DNA of 63,987 bases, filler included, from Nemertoderma westbladi (Eukaryota > Animalia > Xenacoelomorpha): the NCBI GenBank assembly GCA_032718475.1. It is 3 parts of 3 records of this genome, joined end to end, with 100 filler letters (N's around TTAATTAATTAA, not from the genome) between each part and the next. Parts side by side here need not be neighbours in the genome. Positions count along the whole stretch, not along the records: positions 46,118 to 63,987 come from JAUCBJ010006210.1; 2 more parts are not named here. One strand, written 5' to 3'. Shown here in pieces: positions 50,078 to 62,159 of this stretch. The translations under genes and the position numbers were made by a program. Under the pieces are notes generated by a model that was given only the letters and a program-made list of their open reading frames with translations, did no database searches and was not told the origin of the DNA. The first letter of the stretch is position 1. Every line of letters starts with the position of its first letter.

Positions 50078-51245
50078 ACTACTACTACCAGGATCGGCAT
50101 GCTGCATTGCAGCTGCATTTTTAAGAATGCTGTGCCGGCTTATCGACAAAATTGCACCGCCACAACTCCCTATCACCCATGACATTTGCTAGATCATCCG
50201 CATCTTCAAGGCCAGTGTCCTTTAAGATGCGTCTCAAGAAAGTCATGGGCTGTCCACCATGCTTATTCACTACATGAGGCTGCCAAAGTACAAGATTATG
50301 CACTGGCTGGTCCTCACGGCGAAAGCAATGTCCTGCAAAGCGGAGGCGATTTTGTTCTAGTGTCAAGCTTGGGGGAACCAATGAGACACCTCCAATGTTA
50401 TATAGTGTCTGGTTGGAGATGTGTGCATTGTACTTGACACAATGAACCCGGCGTAGCATTCTTGTGAATGTGCCATCCAGAGATTTGGTGTCCTCAGCAG
50501 TTAGAGCCCAGCATGGACTCCCATAGAGGAGTACTGGAACTACTGCTGCTCTAAATAACCGGACCTTAAGTTTCCGATTAATTCTCGGTGACTTCCAAAT
50601 CATGGAAAGCCTATTCAAGGGTGCCCATGCCTTTCCCTTACGTATTCGAAGGTCCTCACCTGACTTCCGGATCCATGATCCCAGGTAACAGAAGTCATCC
50701 ACATGCTCAAGCATACCATCTTTTGAGCTTATGCTCATCCGATCAGAGACTTGCTGAGGACTTTCAAAGTTAACTGTCAAAATTTTGGTCTTTCTGGAGT
50801 TAATAAAAAGACCAACACTAGAAGCAGCATGTTCTAATGAGCTGAGGAGCCGTTGGGCTCCCTCTAGTGATTCTGAGAGTACTCCTAAGTCATCAGCAAA
50901 GTCTAGATCAGTTAGGTACTTGGCAGGATTTCCTCGACTTCTGGAGCCAGTAGGTGGAGTTATCATCACCCCATCATCATTATGATGATCTAAGAACGTA
51001 TCTAAGAACGTATCTGATATGATCTGCGTAGAACATAGTCAACAACAATTATGAACAAGAATGGTGCAAGTGTGTCTCCCTGGAGGACGCCCCACAACAC
51101 TTCAAATGGTTCTGTGTCACCGTTAACAGTAGACACAAATGTTGTCGAACCATCGTATACTGATCTGATTGCTGCAATAATTTCATCAGGAATCCCATAT
51201 AATGAAAGTATGCTGAACATACGAATTGGTGTCTTTCCGAATCAT
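50078..51245 (-). mobile_element. RTE-clade LINE family B, copy 2 (5'-truncated)
   Basis: Near-identical reverse complement of ~47900-49015; (TAG)n tail; 11-bp TSD TCCAAATTGGT (50067-50077, 51246-51256). Confidence 0.92.
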
Positions 51246-51526
51246 TCCAAATTGGTGGTGGCTTTTCCCCTTTTAACATCCGGTTGCAAACATTCAATAA
51301 TGGTCTATTTAGCACTCCGGTTTTCCATACCTCCGCTGGGATTTCATCTAATCCACTCGCTTTATTATTGGACATGCTTTTAATGCTTCTTTGGAGTTCG
51401 GCAGGTGTGAAGTCCCCTGTTTCTATAGGTAGTGTCTTGTCATATATTTAATAATACTGTGATAGAGAATAGAGCTAATAGATAAATATGCCTAATAGTG
51501 TGTACCGGTAACTATTCACTGTTTAC

Positions 51527-52573
51527 CTTTTGCCAAACGACGCCTCCGTCCTCTAACCTTCGCCTCTTCGGCGGGTTCGATTTGCGTTTCATTAGTAAAT
51601 CGGTTATCGGGAGTTCGAGAATAACGTAAGCGGGATCTTCTGGGAATTTTGGGAGAAGTTGTGGTTGTAGAGAAACGGCGGACTCGAAGAACAACAGAAC
51701 TGCGGAGTAGAACAGCGGTTTGTGTAGGGCGGGTTGGTAGAAGGATTCGTCTGTGGGCGGCCCAGCTTCCTTGTAGTAGGCCGTCCAAGTGTAGACCCAT
51801 CGCTGGGTTAGTGACCCACCGGCTGGGAACACAACGCCGGGGTTCCACTGACAGCGTTGAGCGGTGCGACGCAACAAGGAGGTAAGTCGCTCTATGGGCC
51901 GATCCAACGCGGTCTCCCGTTCGGCGAACTTTGGGTTGGCGTGCGAGTGGATGATGTACGGAAGAGCTTTCTGGAACCATTTGTTCGCCTGTTTAGCGGT
52001 AATTACCGACTCGCATTGTTTATCCTCGAACAGTAACGGCAATATCTCGCGAACAATAACCCCGCGGTAGGGATTTAAAACAGCTTTATATCCCTCCTCC
52101 TTTTCCTTCTCGAGTAAATCTTCTATTACTTGAGGTCCGTCTGTGGCTAATCGTTCTGGGAAACCCTTTAGCATCGCGAACTGCAGACGACATCGTTCGA
52201 CCGCGTCATCGCAATTACTTATAAGTTTATTAAACGCCGTCCGCTGCATCGCAACCGGAAGTAGTTTGAATATTTGTTTAGATTTATAGTTCGGATCGGT
52301 GCCGGATAGACCCCCGACCAATTCTAGAAGTTCGTTAGCCACCGCTGGGGTTCGCCAGTGATTGTTTATCATCTCCCCCAGTATACCGGCTGCTTCCCCA
52401 GTGTTGCCAAGGTGTTTCTCAAGCCGATATGACGTCACCAATACCGTAGTGTTTCCGGGGTACAAACTTTTGGCGGTTAGAACGATGGATCTCGCACAAT
52501 CCTTGTTTTTTAATACCAGTTCGTTCAGAGGGGGTAATACCCAGTCGGGTATGTCATTGATCTCCGTGCCCAT
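51527..52573 (-). CDS. INTS10: Integrator complex subunit 10, first coding exon
   Basis: ARSIVLTAKSLYP...YRLEK...IFKLLP...ERCRL...FPE...LNPYRGVIVREILPLL matches the recalled INTS10 N-terminus (AKAWLITARSLYP...VNCFRKLFVCDVLPL). ATG at 52573; donor AAG|GTAAAC at 51527/51526. Confidence 0.8.
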
Positions 52574-53869
52574 CTTACATCGGATATCCGTTAAATCAGT
52601 CACCAAATAGCCAAGCCGAATGCCGTGACGCTCACGAGTTATAGGTTAATATTTATAACAAGAGTCCAAAAACATTTATGTTCTGAGTTCTGAGGGCTGA
52701 GCAGCTGAGGGCTGAGTTGGTGTGCAAATATGAAATATCGATAACAAACAGAAAAAAATAATATCGCCTGCGCTTGGTGATGGTACCCCTATCGGCAGAC
52801 CGGGATTGTCCTGTTTTGGGGCCTCCAAAACCAGGCAGGTGAGTAAAGGCGCAGGTTACAGAGGCGAGTTGAAAGGCGAGTTTCGGGTTGAAACCAAAAC
52901 AATAAACGTGAGTTAGGAATGTTGTAGAATAGAAAACCAAATTAAAAACCACATTTAACTATTTAATTGAGAATCAACAGTCAGTCTGTCAGTATGCAAA
53001 TGCAGTATAGACCTACCGGAACTCTGAAAAGGCTGGAGGCCCCCTTCACACTTCAGGATAGAACCGGCAGACCGGTCTGGTACCGCCTGACCGTATACAC
53101 AACAGCACAACCTAGGGACCTGCCTTGTTGCCTACGGGCTGGGCTATATTATTACTGCAGTACTGCATTACCGGTAATCAATATCATATAACATCATTGC
53201 TCCTTTCATGCTTTCGAATTTCCCTCCTAAAAATTCAAATAGGATACGAATATCCCTCCTATTTCGCAAGTATAATGTGCACAGCATACATACATGCGAT
53301 GACTACCATCAACTTGTCAGCGGATTGAGTGGACGAGCAAACACTGCTGACAACGACAAAAACGGAGACAAGGGGGGGGGGGGGGGGGACTGGACGCAAA
53401 ACCCGCCTTGGCGAATTAAAATCCCGCCTCAATGTTAAATTCTCAATTTATGGAAAGGAGCAGGTTACAGTGGAACGTTATTTTAACCAAAACAATAAAC
53501 TAAACACAATAGAACAGGTTACAGTTTTATTTTTGCTCGTAAACAGCTGTTATTTGCGTCCAATTTCCCCTAGAGAGGGATGAATTTTTATTGCGTCCAT
53601 TTTCCACCCCCCCCCCCCCCCCCCCCCCCCCCCCCACCCCCCCTATCTGCCAAAACGACACCGTGCCCTGTGCTCTTGACTGTCGTCAAGTTATCATACA
53701 CATTAATTAATGTTAATATGTCTGTGATAACATGAATGTCTGTTTTCGTCGTATAAACATACGGATGGACGAATATCACGTATAAGATTTTGTAAGATAT
53801 TTTATTTCGTTAATATACGAAAAATAATTGACTGAACAGGTTATTAGCCGTGAAAAGACAATGAGGTGT

Positions 53870-55390
53870 AAAGCAGGGGGACATGGCGCCACGAATGAGG
53901 TGCACAGGAGGGGGACATGGCGCCAGGAATGAGGTGCACAGGAGGGGGACACGGCGCCACGAATGAGGTGTACAGGAGGGGGACATGGCGCCACGAATGA
54001 GGTGCACAGGAGGGGGACATGGCGCCAGGAATGAGGTGCACAGGAGGGGGACACGGCGCACGAATGAGGTGTGCAGGAGGGGGACATGGCGCCACGAATA
54101 TGGTGTACAGGAGGGGGACAAGGCGCCACGAATGAGGTGTGCAGGAGGGGGACATGGCGCCACGAATGAGGTGCACAGGAGGGGGACATGGCGCCAGGAA
54201 TGAGGTGTACAGGAGGGGGACAAGGCGCCCCGAATGAGGTGTACAGGAGGGGGACATGGCGCCACGAATGAGGTGCACAGGAGGGGGACATGGCGCCACG
54301 AATGAGGTGTACAGGAGGGGGACATGGCGCCAGAATGAGGTGCACAGGAGGGGGACACGGCGCCACGAATGAGGTGTTCAGGAGGGGGACATGGCGCATG
54401 AATGAGGTGCACAGGAGGGGGACATGGCGCCAGGAATGAGGTGCACAGGAGGGGGACATGGCGCCAGGAATGAGGTGTACAGGAGGGGACATGGCGCCAG
54501 GAATGAGGTGCACAGGAGGGGGACATGGCGCCAGGAATGAGGTGTAAAGGAGGGGGACAAGGCGCCACGAATGAGGTGTACAGGAGGGGGACATGGCGCC
54601 ACGAATGAGGTGCACAGGAGGGGGACATGGCGCCACGAATGAGGTGCACAGGAGGGGGACATGGCGCCAGGAATGAGGTGTACAGGAGGGGACATGGCGC
54701 CAGGAATGATGTGCACAGGAGGAGGACATGGCGCCAGGATGAGGTGTACAGGAGGGGGACAAGGCGCCACGAATGAGGTGTACAGGAGGGGGACATGGCG
54801 CCACGAATGAGGTGCACAGGAGGGGGACATGGCGCCACGAATGAGGTGTACAGGAGGGGGACATGGCGCCACGAATTTGGTGTACAGGAGGGGGACATGG
54901 CGCCACGAATGAGGTGTACAGGAGGGGGACATGGCGCCACGAATGAGGTGCACAGGAGGGGGACATGGCGCCACGAAGGAGGTGTACAGGAGGGGGACAT
55001 GGCGCCACGAATGAGGTGCACAGGAGGGGGACATGGCGCCACGAATGAGGTGTACAGGAGGGGGACATTGCGCCACGAATGAGGTGCACAGGAGGGGGAC
55101 ATGGCGCCACGAATGAGGTGTACAGGAGGGGGACATGGCGCCACGAATGAGGTGTGCAGGAGGGGGACATGGCGCCAGGAATGAGGTGTGCAGGAGGGGG
55201 ACACGGCGCCACGAATGAGGTGAACAGGAGGGGGACATGGCGCCACGAATGTGGTGTAAAGGAGCGGGACATGGCGCCACGAATGAGGTGTGCAGGAGGG
55301 GGACATGGCGCCAGGAATGAGGTGTACAGGAGGGGGACATGGCGCCACGAATGTGGTGTAAAGGAGCGGGACATGGCGCCACGAATGAGG
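53870..55390. repeat. 34-bp G-rich tandem satellite, about 45 copies
   Basis: Unit GACATGGCGCCA(C/G)GAATGAGGTG(T/C)ACAGGAGGGG; period checked at 54793/54827. Confidence 0.96.
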
Positions 55391-56193
55391 TTACAAAGTC
55401 GTGTGGCTACTAAGGAACTGGAGAGGGGCGGGCATATGGCCTTACCGGTCAATTTACAGTTCTCGTATATGGATATATACAGTATATATATATTATATGA
55501 ATTATTATCATATATTATATATACTGTACAATATTATGGTGTGGCCCAAAAGCAACGATTTTGGTTCGTTTCACATCACATGTCTTCATATTCACGAATA
55601 ATGGCATCTTTTATTCAAAAATTATAAAATACTTAAGGCCCTAGCCCTAATTAGGTCTTTAACAGCTGGTGTAGTTGTATAAAGTATGTAACACATTCTA
55701 ACTCAAACTCTAGAAGAGGCAACATTAACATTTATTATTATTAATCGTAAATTGCCTGACAGCCATAGATGTGGCCTTTTACTTGCAGTAGGCCTACCGG
55801 TAACGCTAAGCGTAAGCTGGATAAATTATTTTAAAAAATGTTTAATTTGCAGTTGTTCATCATCAAATACAATCGTTTCGTAATGTTGTTTTCAACTATT
55901 TACAGTACCGGTACTTATTGTAATGTTCTTTACTTACATTGCTCTACTTTTGTAATTATATTCGCACGTACCTTAACTGTAAGTAAAAGTGCTAGTTTAT
56001 TCACATAGTAGTTTGTTTATATATTTGTTATTCAAGTAAGATACACTTGTGTGCTTAGTCGGTATTCGCTGCTTTTCGCTACATTCGACTTCTCATAGCT
56101 CGCTCCGTAGTCGGCCTGTCAGTGCGGGAGATACTGCGACATTGGTTTCGACGAGTTGTTAAAACTTTCAGAGCAACGCCCACAGGGAACAAC

Positions 56194-56556
56194 ATGTCTG
56201 CTGCATGTGATGCTGCACTGAGTGCCTTGCAACGGTACTTAGATGCTTTCAATGCAGAGGATCTAGACGGCATTATTTCACATCTCGATGAAAACGTTGA
56301 AACCTTTTGCAACTCCGAGAAAGCATCCACTGGTAGGGATGTAATCCTGCCATCTTATTCCGCGGACTTTGTTATTCATAAAAGAGTGAAGGTAATTCGA
56401 CCGGCGGAAGCCAAGATGGATGGAGATGGTAACGTTAGGGTTTATGTTGGTCTTTCTACCCAAACTCACAGCCTGGATGTTACGTACGTGTATCGAATAG
56501 ATGACATGAAACAAATCAGACACGAGATCAATAATGTCAAAGAAATAGTTAATTAA
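56194..56556 (+). CDS. SnoaL-like / NTF2-fold protein (120 aa)
   Basis: ALQRYLDAFNAEDLDGIISHLDENV...TGRDVILPSY is the characteristic SnoaL-like N-terminal pattern. ATG at 56194; no intron. Confidence 0.7.
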   Translation: MSAACDAALSALQRYLDAFNAEDLDGIISHLDENVETFCNSEKASTGRDVILPSYSADFVIHKRVKVIRPAEAKMDGDGNVRVYVGLSTQTHSLDVTYVYRIDDMKQIRHEINNVKEIVN

Positions 56557-56753
56557 TAATTAATTCGAAAATAGTTTATAAAATAAATAAAATAATTAAT
56601 TCGAAAATAGTTTATAAAATAAATAGTTTAATTAATTCGAAAATAGTTTATAAAGATTTATTCGAAGTAATCCGAACTATAATATGTTTGTTGTGTTGTT
56701 TATCCTTATATTTAATTATATACCATTATCGCCCGATATTTTATTACATAATT

Positions 56754-57196
56754 AACTAGAAAGCCAGCAAGCTGGCTTTAAACAAACCTGCCCCTCAAAC
56801 CAGTACCCCGAGTGAGCGAAAATGAAAACACGATAATTGCCATCAACTCAACGATAGAAACACCAGCCTGCTCGTACTCATGTGGGCCAAGTAAGCTACT
56901 ACTATTTATTAAATGGATAGCCCAAACTGCTGAGAAGTATATTACTTGCCAAATTTATTTACTATCTCACTCTAACCCAGACAGTAATCAAACATCAACT
57001 GTAAGTTTGTATAATGTATTACCCCACCAGATGAATAGCTCTTCCCAGTGAATCCTATGACAATAATCTATAAGGTTACTCACTGCTATGTTAGGTGGGA
57101 GGGAGTTGATGATAATGAATGAGGAGGGACCCAACTAACACTACGTTTGTCTATATGGACGGTCTCCTTACAGCCAGCTGGCTGGCTTTTCTAGTT
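56754..57196. mobile_element. Short non-autonomous element with inverted ends
   Basis: AACTAGAAAGCCAGCAAGCTGGCT ... AGCCAGCTGGCTGGCTTTTCTAGTT. The internal part recurs at ~59002-59125. Confidence 0.7.
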
Positions 57197-58032
57197 GAAT
57201 CATATTATTCCGCAACTCAATAATTTACTCTTTTAGACGAATTTGTGCGTTTTTTGCCGGACTAACAAATTTTGGCGACGTTCTGTGTGAGATTGGCGAT
57301 ATTTGAAAAGATTCTGAGGTTCAAATATGTTGCTCAGATGACTGAATATCTCAAATAAAAAAGTTGGTGCATACTCGACGAGTAGAAATCAGTGAAATTC
57401 GACTTTAAATTTTCAAAACCGCTATTTTTCAGTGACCCCGTGATCGAAACGCCACAAAAAATATAGTCTTGTGCGCAACCAAAATTTATGGAGAGTTTGT
57501 TATTAAAATTTTTGCGTACCTGCTTGAGTTTTTGAGATATTGGATGGTTATACACACACACATAACCACATCGTGTTTTTGAACGGCTCAACTCTTGACA
57601 AGAACTACCCTGGCCTATTAATAGGCAGGTTCGTTATTTCCTTATTTGCCTTAGTAACAGTATTTATAGCTCAAATAGACAGCCCCTTGGACGCACGCCA
57701 GGCTGGATTGCGATTACTAAATACATCATCCAATATTTAGAAATATTGTATTCAACCGGAATAATAATAATACCTAAAAGTAACTAACAGTTATAAAACG
57801 CTTTTGAATAGGCGGTATATATCGGATCGGTGGGAAACACATGAAAATAAATGGGCATTTAATTCACGACAGAAAACTTTGTAGTCAAGTCAGTTGCAAT
57901 TCTGAATTGGAGTGGTAGACTGCTAAGGATTGTCGATGACGCAAACGAAAAGAAGAGACCACGGTAATATCTGGGTTTGTAACGGTGCACTTTATTACTG
58001 TACCACCCGAATGGCGTAATAATTCGATGTTA

Positions 58033-58678
58033 ATGTTCTAGAATGTAGGCTGGTGATTTATTATACTGGTCGTTCAAGTGTTCTAGAATGTAGGCTGGTG
58101 ATTTATTATACTGGGCGTTCAAGTGTTCTAGAATGTAGGCTGTTGATTTATTATACTGGTCGTTCAAGTGTTCTAGAATGTAGGCTGGTGATTTATTATA
58201 CTGGGCGTTCAAGTGTTCTAGAATGTAGGCTGGTGATTTATTATACTGGGCGTTCAAGTGTTCTAGAATGTAGGTTGTTGATTTATTATACTCGGCGTTC
58301 AAGTGTTCTAGAATGTAGGCTGTTGATTTATAATACTGGGCGTTCAAGTGTTCTAGAATGTAGGTTGTTGATTTATTATACTGGGCGTTCAAGTGTTCTA
58401 GAATGTAGGCTGTTGATTTATTATACTGGGCGTTCAAGTGTTCTAGAATGTAGGTTGTTGATTATTTATTATACTCGGCGTTCAAGTGTTCTAGAATGTA
58501 GTCTGGTGATTTATTATACTGGGCGTTCAAGTGTTCTAGAATGTAGGCTGGTGATTTATTATACTGGGCGTTCAAGTGTTCTAGAATGTAGGCTGGTGAT
58601 TTATTATACTGGGCGTTCAAGTGTTCTAGAATGTAGGCTGGTGATTTATTATACTGGGCATTCAAGTGTTCTAGAATT
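58033..58678. repeat. 45-bp tandem satellite, about 14 copies
   Basis: Unit GTTCAAGTGTTCTAGAATGTAGGCTG(G/T)TGATTTATTATACTGGGC. Confidence 0.96.
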
Positions 58679-59136
58679 GCGATTTCATAACTGCTATTTT
58701 AAATTAATTCGCCTTGCTGATGGCCTCGCTCATGTGCGTCCGCGGCTCTAGGTCTGCCCGTAAACGCCCAGCAGGCATATATCAGGACATCGCCCAAGCC
58801 TCCATCCGGTTGGCAAATGCCGATACAAGAATAAACTAATTTTGAAATTCCCGCTAAGCCAAGCAACATTGTACAGTAGCCTGGTGGTGGGTGAGGTTTT
58901 TCTTATTTTTTTATAACTTTTATGTGTCTTTTTATATATTTGTCTAGTTTGTCATTAAAAATAAAAAAAGCACTAAGCAGCCTAAAAAAACTGTTGATTG
59001 CATGGATAGGCCCAAACTGCAGTATTACTTGCCAGAATTTATTATTACTCTCTCACTCTACCCCAGACAAGTAATATAAAAAATCAACTGTTAGTTCTCA
59101 CTGTGTTATGTTAGGTGGGAGGCCAGCTGATTGAAT

Positions 59137-61940
59137 TCACTCCCTCAATCCGAGGTGTTCGCTTCGGGTTGTTACTCACTCCCTCAATCCAAGGTGTTCG
59201 CTTCGGGTTGTTACTCACTCCCTCAATCCAAGGTGTTCGCTTCGGGTTGTTACTCCCTCAATCCAAGGTGTTCGCTTCGGGTTGTTACTCACTCCCTCAA
59301 TCCAAGGTGTTCGCTTCGGGTTGTTACTCACTCCCTCAATCCAAGGTGTTCGCTTCGGGTTGTTACTCACTCCCTCAATCCAAGGTGTTCGCTTCGGGTT
59401 GTTACTCACTCCCTCAATCCAAGGTGTTCGCTTCGGGTTGTTACTCACTCCCTCAATCCAAGGTGTTCGCTTCGGGTTGTTACTCACTCCCTCAATCCAA
59501 GGTGTTCGCTTCGGGTTGTTACTCACTCCCTCAATCCGAGGTGTTCGCTTCGGATTGTTACTCACTCCCTCAATCCAAGGTGTTCGCTTCGGGTTGTTAC
59601 TCACTCCCTCAATCCAAGGTGTTCGCTTCGGGTTGTTACTCACTCCCTCAATCCAAGGTGTTCGCTTCGGGTTGTTACTCACTCCCTCAATCCAAGGTGT
59701 TCGCTTCGGGTTGTTACTCACTCCCTCAATCCAAGGTGTTCGCTTCGGGTTGTTACTCACTCCCTCAATCCGAGGTGTTCGCTTCGGGTTGTTACTCACT
59801 CCCACAATCCAAGGTGTTCGCTTCGGGTTGTTACTCACTCCCTCAACCCAAGGTGTTCGCTTCAGGTTGTTACTCACTCCCTCAATCCGAGGTGTTCGCT
59901 TCGGGTTGTTACTCACTCCCTCAATCCAAGGTGTTCGCTTCGGGTTGTTACTCACTCCCTCAATCCGAGGTGTTCGCTTCGGGTTGTTACTCACTCCCTC
60001 AATCCAAGGTGTTCGCTTCGGGTTGTTACTCACTCCCTCAATCCAAGGTGTTCGCTTCGGGTTGTTACTCACTCCCTCAATCCAAGGTGTTCGCCTCGGG
60101 TTGTTACTCACTCCCTCAATCCGAGGTGTTCGCTTCGGGTTGTTACTCACTCCCTCAATCCAAGGTGTTCGCTTCGGGTTGTTACTCACTCCCTCAATCC
60201 GAGGTGTTCGCTTCGGGTTGTTACTCACTCCCTCAATCCAAGGTGTTCGCTTCGGACTCACTCCCTCAATCCAAGGTGTTCGCCTCGGGTTGTTACTCAC
60301 TCCCTCAATCCGAGGTGTTCGCTTCGGGTTGTTACTCACTCCCTCAATCCAAGGTGTTCGCCTCGGGTTGTTACTCACTCCCTCAATCCAAGGTGTTCGC
60401 TTCGGGTTGTTACTCACTCCCTCAATCCAAGGTGTTCGCTTCGGGTTGTTACTCACTCCCTCAATCCAAGGTGTTCGCTTCGGGTTGTTACTCACTCCCT
60501 CAATCCAAGGTGTTCGCTTCGGACTCACTCCCTCAATCCAAGGTGTTCGCCTCGGGTTGTTACTCACTCCCTCAATCCGAGGTGTTCGCTTCGGGTTGTT
60601 ACTCACTCCCTCAATCCAAGGTGTTCGCCTCGGGTTGTTACTCACTCCCTCAATCCAAGGTGTTCGCTTCGGACTCACTCCCTCAATCCAAGGTGTTCGC
60701 CTCGGGTTGTTACTCACTCCCTCAATCCGAGGTGTTCGCTTCGGGTTGTTACTCACTCCCTCAATCCAAGGTGTTCGCTTCGGGTTGTTACTCACTCCCT
60801 CAATCCAAGGTGTTCGCCTCGGGTTGTTACTCACTCCCTCAATCCAAGGTGTTCGCTTCGGGTTGTTACTCACTCCCTCAATCCAAGGTGTTCGCCTCGG
60901 GTTGTTACTCACTCCCTCAATCCAAGGTGTTCGCTTCGGGTTGTTACTCACTCCCTCAATCCAAGGTGTTCGCTTCGGGTTGTTACTCACTCCCTCAATC
61001 CAAGGTGTTCGCTTCGGACTCACTCCCTCAATCCAAGGTGTTCGCCTCGGGTTGTTACTCACTCCCTCAATCCGAGGTGTTCGCTTCGGGTTGTTACTCA
61101 CTCCCTCAATCCAAGGTGTTCGCCTCGGGTTGTTACTCACTCCCTCAATCCAAGGTGTTCGCTTCGGGTTGTTACTCACTCCCTCAATCCAAGGTGTTCG
61201 CCTCGGGTTGTTACTCACTCCCTCAATCCAAGGTGTTCGCTTCGGGTTGTTACTCACTCCCTCAATCCAAGGTGTTCGCTTCGGGTTGTTACTCACTCCC
61301 TCAATCCAAGGTGTTCGCTTCGGGTTGTTACTCACTCCCTCAATCCAAGGTGTTCGCCTCGGGTTGTTACTCACTCCCTCAATCCGAGGTGTTCGCTTCG
61401 GGTTGTTACTCACTCCCTCAATCCGAGGTGTTCGCTTCGGGTTGTTACTCACTTCCACAACCCAAGGTGTTCGCTTCGGGTTGTTACTCACTCCCTCAAT
61501 CCGAGGTGTTCGCTTCGGGTTGTTACTCACTCCCTCAATCCGAGGTGTTCGCTTCGGGTTGTTACTCACTCCCTCAATCCGAGGTGTTCGCTTCGGGTTG
61601 TTACTCACTCCCTCAATCCGAGGTGTTCGCTTCGGGTTGTTACTCACTCTCTCAATCCAAGGTGTTCGCTTCGGGTTGTTACTCACTCCCTCAACCCAAG
61701 GTGTTCGCTTCGGGTTGTTACTCACTCCCTCAATCCAAGGTGTTCGCTTCGGGTTGTTACTCACTCCCTCAATCCAAGGTGTTCGCTTCGGGTTGATACT
61801 CACTCCCTCAACCCAAGGTGTTCGCTTCGGGTTGTTACTCACTCCCTCAACCCAAGGTGTTCGCTTCGGGTTGTTACTCACTCCCTCAACCCAAGGTGTT
61901 CGCTTCGGGTTGTTACTCACTCCCTCAATCCAAGGTGTTC
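59137..61940. repeat. 39-bp highly homogeneous tandem satellite, about 72 copies
   Basis: Unit ACTCACTCCCTCAATCC(A/G)AGGTGTTCGC(T/C)TCGGGTTGTT, with a recurrent shortened variant TTCGGACTCAC. Confidence 0.97.
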
Positions 61941-62159
61941 CCTTAACTGTTAGAAAATAAGTTAAATCAGCAATACTAACTAGATTGATTGTTAATTAAT
62001 TGTTACTTATTGTTACATTTGGTAATTGTGAACCAATACTGATAAGATTCATATAGAACAGGTAACAAAACAGGTTAATTTGTAAATGAATAAGGTTAAC
62101 TAATTGGACTGCAGTTTGTATATTTAATTAATTAACCAAAACGTTTATTTCTTCCTCTT

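Larger units (their letters stand above)
47251..51440 (-). mobile_element. RTE-clade LINE family A, 5'-truncated, in three pieces (51440-51246, 50077-49016, 47550-47251)
   Basis: The pieces join into one RT: KASGLDEIPAEVWK...PPIW|TKGQLKPLPKKGDL...NYRGI...FVDFKKAFDS...GVLQGDTLAP...FADD...WRQHI|TNAELYG...RRLRFSGH, ending in a (TAG)n tail. Confidence 0.9.

Noticed and set aside
53776-55627. Pro/His/Cys-rich ORFs
   Set aside because: The 34-bp unit is not a multiple of 3, so the same peptides cycle through all frames.
59115-61960. Four ~900-aa ORFs
   Set aside because: The 39-bp unit has no stop in several frames on both strands, which points to a satellite artefact.
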